Source: Macrostomum lignano | Lineage: Eukaryota | Reading direction: 5' to 3' | Assembly: GCA_002269645.1 (NCBI GenBank) | Contig: NIVC01002703.1 | Coordinates: 53,408-117,407, forward strand | Length of the DNA stretch: 64,000 nt | Shown: positions 36,479-46,400 of the stretch, piece by piece | Numbering within the stretch: the first letter of the stretch is position 1 | How the letters are laid out: each line of letters begins with the position of its first letter | Position numbers and translations under genes: made by a program | The notes under the pieces: model-generated | The model's database searches: none | Seen by the model: only the letters and a program-made list of their open reading frames with translations | Told to the model about the DNA's origin: nothing

Positions 36479-36676
36479 TGACGAGCTGGCGAGCTGGTTT
36501 ACTTTAATCGGGGGCGGTGACTCGCTAGGGTCTCTGTGCTTGCTTGCGGCTTGAGCTGGGAACTGTGAGGGTAGATTCCTGCTCATCCATCTAACTTATA
36601 GAGGCCTGAGCATCTGCTGCGCATGTCATAGCCTGTAGATATTTTCATGGTCACTCTGACCGATAGTAGGGCTGCA
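36479..36676. repeat. Second copy of the about 190-bp direct repeat
   Basis: Aligns with 35451-35641 with an 8-nt local duplication; no TSD. Confidence 0.75.
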
Positions 36677-37579
36677 GTTTTCCACTTGAGCGACGATGAC
36701 TTGAGCAGGGCTGGCTTGAGTCCGACCTTTAGCTTGCTCGGGGCTGAGTTTCGATGTATGTTATAGATTTCCCACAATTTCACCCCCTGCCGCCGATGAG
36801 GTGGGGATACCGCATACTTAACGACGGAAGGGTTTACACAAACAGCGCATGCAATTAAATCAGCACTGGGGCATGCCCGCTGCTACAGGAGCAAGGGTTA
36901 GGCGGTTTGACTTAACGGTTTTACTCAGGTTGAGTTGGAGCATCTGGGGGAGCTGTTGTGCGCGGTTCACACATCCAGCCCTCCGTTGCTACGCCCGTCG
37001 GGGTTGGGCGTCGGTCCTTTGCCATCCCATACATGTAAGTCGTTGGCTTCCACCCCCCCCCCCCAACATGCATGACAGATCATTTCAAGGTGTTGCGCCT
37101 GTTTTCTGCCTACTCATCTCTGTCAGTCGTCTAACAAGCCTGTAAACCAGCTAATTTATTTTTAACTAGTTTGACTTTTTTAACTTGTTAAACCTACCCG
37201 GTACTTTGATGCTTCTGCTTTTATAACTAAGGGGAACTCGATCAGCGGCAATAATGAGGATATAGGAGATCGTAAAAGTACCAGATAAAAATATGGTATG
37301 TCAGATACTCTAAACTGGGAGTAAGAAAATGTTGAAGCAAAAAAGTCACCAAAACCCATCTCTAATGAGCAGATAAGAAGCAGGGCTCCTGTAATCAACA
37401 AAATGCATTTACATGTAATATATGTTTGAGCATTGAATTTTATGTATTTTATGCTTGAGGGGAAAATATGCACATCATGTACAAACCTATGCAGTACTCA
37501 GAATGCGAGGCGTCACGGAATTAACAAATTTCAAAGTTCAAATTTCTCAATTGCGCAGTCGCAACAATGAGCTAATACT

Positions 37580-37633
37580 TCAGCGAATCCCTGTCACACG
37601 GTCATAGGCAGCGTCTGTGCATATTAAATTAAG
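37580..37633 (-). CDS. Putative duplicated alternative last exon of the membrane-protein gene (LNLICTDAAYDRVTGIR*)
   Basis: Same acceptor context (gcagcacgcag|CT), same phase and same YDxVTxIR-TGA end as exon 43465-43710. Flanks 37290-37870 are homologous to 41585-43800. Confidence 0.45.
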   Translation of the reverse strand, partial: LNLICTDAAYDRVTGIR

Positions 37634-37694
37634 CTGCGTGCTGCGCTGTATCATACTGTGGACGGTGTGGCCTGCTCGGATCTACTTGCGCCTC

Positions 37695-37862
37695 ACCCTA
37701 TCCCTACATCTCCCCCTCTCCCTGCATCTCCTCCTCTCCCTGCATCTCCACCTCTCCCTGCATCTCCACCTCTCCCTGCATCTCCACCTCTCCCTGCATC
37801 TCCACCTCTCCCTGAATCTCCACCTCTCCCTGCATCTCCACCTCTCCCTACATCTCCACCTC
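37695..37862. repeat. 18-bp satellite (CCCTGCATCTCCACCTCT)n
   Basis: Same unit family as 39205-39525 (inverted) and 43757-45150. Confidence 0.9.
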
Positions 37863-38216
37863 TTGATGTGTTCCTTATTACTGAGACCTTTCTCGGTAAT
37901 CAAAGAACAATAACTTCTAGCTCTTAGCTAGGCAACCCAGTAATCAAAAGAAGGTACTTATTACCTTGAGTCCTGATTAGTTGATCTCTTCCTTAAGTAG
38001 TTCTCGTGCTCAGGAGGCTGTGTCTTCTCCTAGTAGATCGGTCAGTCGATCTGGCGCCTTGATTCTTTCTCTTTGTTGGTCATGGTACGCCCAGTGACAT
38101 CAGTGACATTCTGCTGCTACACGAAATCATCGAGCCATTGTGCAGTCCGTGGGCGAGCGACCTGCTTTTTGTTCGCAAGAAAAAACGAGATCTGAATCTG
38201 CACCGACTGGAGACCT

Positions 38217-38608
38217 GCTGCCTACCCGCTGCCTACCCGCTGCCTACCCGCTGCCTACCCGCTGCCTACCCGCTGCCTACCCGCTGCCTACCCGCTGCCT
38301 ACCCGCTGCCTACCCGCTGCCTACCCGCTGCCTACCCGCTGCCTACCCGCTGCCTACCCGCTGCCTACCCGCTGCCTACCCGCTGCCTACCCGCTGCCTA
38401 CCCGCTGCCTACCCGCTGCCTACCCGCTGCCTACCCGCTGCCTACCCGCTGCCTACCCGCTGCCTACCCGCTGCCTACCCGCTGCCTACCCGCTGCCTAC
38501 CCGCTGCCTACCCGCTGCCTACCCGCTGCCTACCCGCTGCCTACCCGCTGCCTACCCGCTGCCTACCCGCTGCCTACCCGCTGCCTACCCGCTGCCTACC
38601 CGCTGCCT
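38217..38608. repeat. 11-bp tandem repeat (CCTACCCGCTG)n, about 35 near-perfect copies
   Basis: 11-nt periodicity. Confidence 0.97.
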
Positions 38609-39204
38609 CCCCTGTCTGTGGCTCTGGATGTTGGATCTCCTCCAAGGGTTCCTGCAGGCCGAGCTACGCAAACAGGATCATCGAGAGATAACCGAATTCT
38701 AGACTCCACTTTCGTCGGTTTGTCGGTATGCCGGGCTTCTACAGTCGATTCGTCCCACACTTTAATTGCCAGCATTCGGTTTTCAAAGTGAGGCCCGTGC
38801 GGTGGCTGAGACAATGCTGTGTAGTGTGGTTCTTCGCATATGGGTCACCTGAAATCATCCATTCTGACCAAGGGGTTGTCCATTTCAAAGCGAAGTCTTC
38901 CAGGAACTGTGCCAGCTGTTCGATATTTGAAAGACAAGGACGACCAGGTTCCATCCAAACGGCAACTCAGTGGTCACTGGTCAGGCAGCTCAACCGAGCA
39001 GATTGGGCGACATGCTAGTGGCAGGTCATCTGGGCGTACATGTGCAACTCGTGGGTGCACAACCAAGCAATCGCCTGTGCTGCACGGGCACGACTTCCGG
39101 ATCATCGCCGAGCTCAGACTGCCCGCCACCAGCGAGGGGTGCGGTATCACGGACACGCTAGCCAACGCCTGCACCGGATTGCAGCTCCTGCAGTAACGCC
39201 TGAG

Positions 39205-39525
39205 ATGCAGGGAGAGGGGGAGTTGCAGGGAGAGGGGGAGATGCAGGGAGAGGAGGAGACGCAGGGAAGGGGGAGACGCAGGGAGAGTTGGAAACGCAGG
39301 GAGAGGGGGTGACGCAGGGAGAGGTGGAGACGCAGGGAGAGGGGGAGACGCAGGGAGAGGGGGTGACGCAGGGAGAGGGGGAGATATAGGGAGAGGGGGA
39401 GACGCAGGGAGAGGGGGAGACGCAGGAAGAGTTGGAAACGCAGGGAGGGGGGGAGATGCAGGGAGAGGGGGAGACGCAGGGAGAGGGGGAGATGTAGGGA
39501 GAGGGGGAGACGGCAGGGAGAGGGA
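39205..39525. repeat. 18-bp satellite (GATGCAGGGAGAGGGGGA)n inside the Gypsy integrase region
   Basis: Reverse complement of the 37695 and 43757 unit. Confidence 0.9.
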
Positions 39526-40647
39526 GAGAAGCAGTTCCAGTCGGCCAGCTGGTGATGCTGAGCAACCCGGCGGTGCTAAAAAGCGGGTCCAAGTCGCTCC
39601 GTCGGCGGTAGTTGGGGCCATATAGAGAAGCTCGGACCCGTCATCTACCGAATCTCCAAGACCACCGACAGGAGGCTGAGCTCAGTGGTGCTCCAGCACC
39701 TACTGGAGGTGTCTGTGCGCAGGCGGCAGCAGCAAACGATAGGATTTCCCGCCGCTGATCAACATGCAGCAGAGAGCGGCCGGCCGCCCAGTCCTGTTGA
39801 TCCGCGGCAGACCTGGACGAATCTGCTGGACGGGCCGACGGCTGCTGGGCCTTGTCGCTCTGAGAGAAATCGGAGACCGCCTGATCGTTTTGTTTTGCAA
39901 GTTCAGACCGCAAGTCTGGGAACAGAATTCAGTGATCACATATTGTCGCGGGCTCCTCTTCTTATCGGGCAGATTCCTCGAGCTCATCTCCTCAAAGTAT
40001 TTTTCCTCCGGAGTTGTCTTCCTGAATAAGCGGCCGAATATGAGAGCACTTTAATGAACGTAACAGTTTAATCCGTCAACGTAAATGTATTCCTCGTGAT
40101 AATTAATTACCGATATAACAATAACGAGGTCCTCCAAAAGGCGTATTCTTCTTCTAGAAATAGCAGAATCGGAGTCGTGTGCCCTTATCTGTTACTCTAG
40201 GGTACCGAAATCAATCGAATCGATACTCGACTAACAGTATCGGAATCGGTCCCGTGGATACTATCCAATCCCTTAGGAATAGGGAGGCCTCAAGCTCAAT
40301 AACTCAATAGAAATCAACCGAACACCAACGGCCGACAATGACTCAGCTCTAAATAATCAAATAACAAAGACTTCGACAAAGGCTTACCGATTGGTTTACT
40401 TCTCCCTCGAAGCTTTGTAGCCTCGTTTGGTGGTGGTGGTGGTGGTGGTAGACTTGAAGTCCAGAAAAGCCGGGGTTTGGCGCCAAGGTCACGGGTTTCT
40501 TGGCAAGGCGATCTCGCCGTAAAGTCTTCGGTCGGCCTAGACATCTGCTACAGAACACACCGGCAAAAATTTTATGTCTAATAACAACAAGGAAATATTG
40601 GGTCAATACTACACACCCCTAAAATTAATAGAAATCTATTGTCAGTA

Positions 40648-41604
40648 GATACTCTAAACTGGGTGTCAGATGCTCTAAACTAGGTGTCAGATGCTCTAAA
40701 CTGGGTGTCAGTTACTCTAAACTAGGTGTCAGTTACTCTAAACTGGGTGTCAGATACTCTAAACTGGGTGTCAGCTACTCTAAACTGGGTGTCAGATGCT
40801 CTAAACTAGGTGTCAGTTACTCTAAACTAGGTGTCAGCTACTCTAAACTGGGTGTCAGATGCTCTAAACTGGGTGTCAGTTACTCTAAACTGGGTGTCAG
40901 ATACTCTAAACTAGGTGTCAGTTACTCTAAACTAGGTGTCAGCTACTCTAAACTGGGTGTCAGATACTCTAAACTGGGTGTCAGATACTCTAAACTGGGT
41001 GTCAGTTACTCTAAACTGGGTGTCAGTTACTCTAAACTGGGTGTCAGATACTCTAAACTGGGTGTCAGCTACTCTAGGCTGGGTGTCAGTTACTCTAAAC
41101 TGGGTGTCAGATGCTCTAAACTGGGTGTCAGCTACTCTAAACTGGGTGTCAGATACTCTAAACTGGGTGTCAGCTACTCTAAACTGGGTGTCAGCTACTC
41201 TAAACTGGGTGTCAGCTACTCTAGGCTGGGTGTCAGATGCTCTAAACTGGGTGTCAGATCCTTTAAACTGGGTGTCAGATACTCTAGGCTGGGTGTCAGT
41301 TACTCTAAACTGGGTGTCAGATACTCTAAACTGGGTGTCAGCTACTCTAAACTGGGTGTCAGCTACTCTAGGCTGGGTGTCAGATACTTAAACTGGGTGT
41401 CAGTTACTCTAAACTGGGTGTCAGCTACTCTAGGCTGGGTGTCAGATGCTCTAAACTGGGTGTCAGATACTTAAACTGGGTGTCAGTTACTCTAAACTGG
41501 GTGTCAGATACTCTAAACTGGGTGTCAGATACTCTAAACTGGGTGTCAGATACTCTAAACTGGGTGTCAGATACTCTAAACTGGGTGTCAGATACTCTAA
41601 ACTG
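40648..41604. repeat. 21-bp minisatellite (GATACTCTAAACTGGGTGTCA)n, about 45 copies
   Basis: 21-nt periodicity. Confidence 0.95.
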
Positions 41605-41896
41605 GTTTAAAAAATGTTGAAGCAAAAAAGTCACTGGAACCTCCTTTAATAAGCAGAGCACAAGCTGGGGCTGCTGTAATCAACAAAAAACCAAGGACTA
41701 CTAGCAGATATACTGCTAGTGGTCCTTGCGAAATACAAGTACATGTAATATACACTTGAGAATTGAATTTTATTCAATAGCAATATACAGTTGGCTGCAT
41801 ATTTTATCCTAGAGAAGAAAATATGCTAATCATGTACAATCTTTGCAATACTTAGAATGCAATATTTACATATTGATTACAAACTCCTTCAGATTC

Positions 41897-43320
41897 AGTG
41901 ACTCTCTTGAGTGGAATCGGAGTGACTCTTTTGAGTGGAATCGGAGTGATTCTCTTTAGTGGAATCGGTGTGACTCTCTTGAGTGGAATCGGAGTGACTC
42001 TCTTGAGTGGAATCGGAGTGACTCTCTTGAGTGGAATCGGAGTGACTCTCTTGAGTGGAATCGGAGTGACTCTCTTGAGTGGAATCGGTGTGACTCTCTT
42101 GAGTGGAATCGGAGTGACTCTCTTGAGTGGAATCGGAGTGACTCTCTTGAGTGGAATCGGAGTGACTCTCTTGAGTGGAATCGGAGTGACTCTCTTTAGT
42201 GGAATCGGTGTGACTCTCTTTAGTGGAATCGGTGTGACTCTCTTTAGTGGAATCGGAGTGACTCTCTTGAGTGGAATCGGAGTGACTCTCTTGAGTGGAA
42301 TCGGTGTGACTCTCTTTAGTGGAATCGGAGTGACTCTCTTGAGTGGAATCGGAATGACTCTCTTTAGTGGAATCGGTGTGACTCTCTTTAGTGGAATCGG
42401 AGTGACTCTCTTGAGTGGAATCGGAGTGACTCTCTTGAGTGGAATCGGAGTGACTCTCTTGAGTGGAATCGGAGTGACTCTCTTGAGTGGAATCGGAGTG
42501 ACTCTCTTGAGTGGAATCGGAGTGACTCTCTTGAGTGGAATCGGAGTGACTCTCTTGAGTGGAATCGGTGTGACTCTCTTGAGTGGAATCGGAGTGACTC
42601 TCTTTAGTGGAATCGGAGTGACTCTCTTGAGTGGAATCGGAGTGACTCTCTTTAGTGGAATCGGTGTGACTCTCTTTAGTGGAATCGGTGTGACTCTCTT
42701 TAGTGGAATCGGAGTGACTCTCTTGAGTGGAATCGGAGTGACTCTCTTGAGTGGAATCGGTGTGACTCTCTTTAGTGGAATCGGAGTGACTCTCTTGAGT
42801 GGAATCGGAGTGACTCTCTTTAGTGGAATCGGTGTGACTCTCTTTAGTGGAATCGGAGTGACTCTCTTGAGTGGAATCGGAGTGACTCTCTTGAGTGGAA
42901 TCGGTGTGACTCTCTTGAGTGGAATCGGAGTGACTCTCTTTAGTGGAATCGGAGTGACTCTCTTGAGTGGAATCGGAGTGACTCTCTTGAGTGGAATCGG
43001 AGTGACTCTCTTTAGTGGAATCGGTGTGACTCTCTTTAGTGGAATCGGTGTGACTCTCTTTAGTGGAATCGGAGTGACTCTCTTGAGTGGAATCGGAGTG
43101 ACTCTCTTGAGTGGAATCGGAGTGACTCTCTTGAGTGGAATCGGAGTGACTCTCTTGAGTGGAATCGGAGTGACTCTCTTGAGTGGAATCGGAGTGACTC
43201 TCTTTAGTGGAATCGGTGTGACTCTCTTTAGTGGAATCGGAGTGACTCTCTTGAGTGGAATCGGAGTGACTCTCTTGAGTGGAATCGGAGTGACTCTCTT
43301 TAGTGGAATCGGAGTGACTT
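41897..43320. repeat. 24-bp minisatellite (GTGGAATCGGAGTGACTCTCTTGA)n, about 59 copies
   Basis: 24-nt periodicity; explains the 495-aa LLSGIGVT ORF. Confidence 0.97.
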
Positions 43321-43464
43321 TAAAACAATTACTGCAGACAATGCTTGCTGCATGGCATCATGGCATCATGGCATTCTTTCCTTAAAGTTACAAACTACGG
43401 ACGTATAACAATTAACTAATTTAAAATTAAAAAGTTCTCGCTGTCGAAACAATGAGTCAAATCT

Positions 43465-46400
43465 TCAGCGAATGTCTGTCACAATGTCGTAAGGGGGGTC
43501 CTCCTGATCTGGCCGACCCAAGCAAACCGGCCTCGCCAGACGCGCGCTCTCGTTGTTGGTGTCGCTGCCGATGTACTGGCTGTCGCCGAATACCTGCTCG
43601 GGTCCATCTGAGAAGTGTCGAGTCTCAATGACTGACTCGGTTGTGTCGCTGCGGTGCCTGTTGGGTCTTGGTACTCTTGGAGCAGCCTGAGGTGGGAAAT
43701 CGGGTTCGAGCTGCGTGCTGCAACTGTACCAGACTGGACGGTGTGGCATGCTCGAATCTCCCTGCATCTCCCCCCTCCCTGCATCTCCCCCTTTCCCTGC
43801 GTTTCCTCCTCTCCCTACATCTTCCCCTCTCCCTGCATCTTCCCCTCTCCCTGCATCTCCCCCCTCCCTGCATCTCCCCCTTTCCCGGCATCTTCCCCTC
43901 TCCCTGCCTCTTCCCCTCTCCCTGCATCTTCCCCTCTCCCTGCATCCCCCCTCCCTGCATCTCCCCCCTCCCTGCATCTCCCCCTTTCCCTGCATCTTCC
44001 CCTCTCCCTGCATCTTCCCCTCTCCCTGCATCTTCCCCTCTCCCTGCCTCTTCCCCTCTCCCTGCATCTTCCCCTCTCCCTGCATCCCCCCCTCCCTGCA
44101 TCTCCCCCCTCCCTGCATCTCCCCCTTTCCCTGCATCTTCCCCTCTCCCTGCATCTTCCCCTCTCCCTGCATCTCCCTCTCCCTGCATCTTCCCCTCTCC
44201 CTGCATCTCCCCCCTCCCTGCATCTCCCCCTTTCCCTGCATCTTCCCCTCTCCCTGCATCTTCCCCTCTCCCTGCATCTTCCCCTCTCCCTGCCTCTTCC
44301 CCTCTCCCTGCATCTTCCCCTCTCCCTGCATCCCCCCTCCCTGCATCTCCCCCTCCCTGCATCTCCCCCTTTCCCTGCATCTTCCCCTCTCCCTGCATCT
44401 TCCCCTCTCCCTGCATCTCCCTCTCCCTGCATCTTCCCCTCTCCCTGCATCTCCCTCTCCCTGCATCTTCCCCTCTCCCTGCATCTCCCACCTCCCTGCA
44501 TCCCCCTCCCTGCATCTCCCCCCTCCCTGCATCTTCCCCTCTCCCTGCATCTTCCCCTCTCCCTGCATCTCCCCCCTCCCTGCATCTCCCCCCTCCCTGG
44601 ATCCCCCCTTTCCCTGCATCTTCCCCTCTCCCTGCATCTTCCCTCTCCCCGCATCTCCCCCTCTTCCTGCATCTCCCCCTCTCCCTGCATCTCCACCTCT
44701 CCCTGTGGCTCCCCCTCTTCCTGCATCTCCTCCTCTCCCTGCATCTTCCCTCTCCCCGCATCTCCCCCTCTTCCTGCATCTCCCCCCTCCCTGCATCTCC
44801 CCCTTTCCCTGCATCTTCCCCTCTCCCTGCATCTTCCCCTCTCCCTGCATCTCCCTCTCCCTGCATCTTCCCCTCTCCCTGCATCTCCCCCCTCCCTGCA
44901 TCTCCCCCCCCTGGATCCCCCCTTTCCCTGCATCTTCCCTCTCCCGCATCTCCCCCTCTTCCTGCATCTCCCCCTCTCTCTGCATCTCCCCCTCTCTCTG
45001 CATCTCCCCTCTCTCTGCATCTCCCCTAACCCTGCATCTCCCCTAACCCTGCATCTCCCCTAACCCTGCATCTCCCCTAACCCTGCATCTCCCCTAACCC
45101 TGCATCTCCCCTAACCCTGCATCTCCCCTAACCCTGCATCTCCCCTAACCCTGAAGCTAATTCCGACTCAGCTTATACTCGTAAAACTCAAATTCGGCAA
45201 CACGGGCTAATATTTACCCTGTGCCGGTGACACTGATAGACAATGGAGGTGACCAGAACTCCCATGATGAGGCAGACGACTGGAAGCACTATTATCAGCA
45301 CCAGTAGTGAGTTCTTGTGCAACGAATCTGGAAAATCAATGCATCATAATCTAAAACTGAGCTTCTGACTGCCGCTACCTGCCATATTTTGCAAGTCTAT
45401 GATTAGTGAGCTCTTCCTGCCAACTGAATCAGTTGGTGGCTCTCATCTCTGCAACCAACACGCTCTGGTTTTAAAACCTATGTATAAACCAAGGGTTGTA
45501 GCGTAGTGGTTAGAGCGTCGGAATAACGGCTTGAAGGTCGGGAGTTCGATTCCCGATCCCATTCGGAACAATTTGTGTCCTTGAGCAAAACACTTTACTT
45601 GCATTGCTTCACTTCACCCAATTGTAAAATGGGTGTCAGCATTATTAATTTTTATAATAAACAAAACGGTAAGTTTTAACTATAAACTACTAATAGTAGC
45701 GTAAATGCGCAGCTGCATTACTTTGAAATGAGCTGCACAAAAATCCAACCTGCTCTACCATAGACATCAATTAAGGGGGGCCGTAGCCCAACGGTAGCGC
45801 AGCTGCTCTGGTGTGCCAGCGACCCAGGCTCGATTCCAGGTGCAGTCACATTAATTTGGGGCTGAATTGGAATCTCGGCTTGGCTCTGCTCGTGCAATTA
45901 ACGGCCTTGAGAGCCAACCCCCCAAGGCGCAGTGAAGTGTACATGCCTAACGATAAAATAAAGTTAGGGCCGCTGTACACTCCTGTGTGAGTGTGTGCCT
46001 GCGTACGTATCCGCGCGCTTGTGTGCCTGCTCAGGGGAGTCGGCGGAATAGGCAGCAATGCCTCTCTCGCCGGTTGTGTGCCTATGTCGCTTAAAGTGCT
46101 CCAGGGTGCACACAACCCCCCTTGCCTCTAATAAAAAAATAGACATCAATTAACAGTGTTTAACTGTACACCAGCTCGACTCACCAAGATCTAAAGCCGC
46201 TCTAGAAAATTTCCATTCCGAAGTCAATTTGCCAACAGCAGAAGAGTTCTGATAGACTGTGCAGCGCACGAACAGGCCGGAGAACCGCTGCCAGCTCGTT
46301 TCGTCAACGCTGACCGTCCAGAGAGTTCGCTTATTGGTTCTGGCCAGGCTCATAGCGTCCGGGTGAGACTCGCGACGAAACACCTTTTATTAAGTAGAGT

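Larger units (their letters stand above)
38130..40613 (+). mobile_element. Decayed Ty3/Gypsy element (RT start, integrase core and tail, possible 3' LTR remnant)
   Basis: Fragments in shifting frames: SPWASDLLFVRKK (RT N-terminus), YGSPEIIHSDQG (integrase), VGQLVMLSNP (GPY/F region), RSERNRRPPDRF (integrase tail). Interrupted by two satellites. The right boundary at ...TACTACA is tentative. Confidence 0.75.

Noticed and set aside
36780-37100. GC-rich structured-looking segment (possible HDV-like ribozyme or retroelement 5' UTR)
   Set aside because: I could not build the required nested pseudoknot by eye; it needs a covariance-model search.
41898-45063. Long ORFs of 400-512 aa (LLSGIGVT repeats; overlapping Pro-, Gly- and Arg-rich ORFs)
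   Set aside because: These are stop-free readings of satellites, open in several frames and on both strands, and they lie in an intron or 3' region of the modelled gene.
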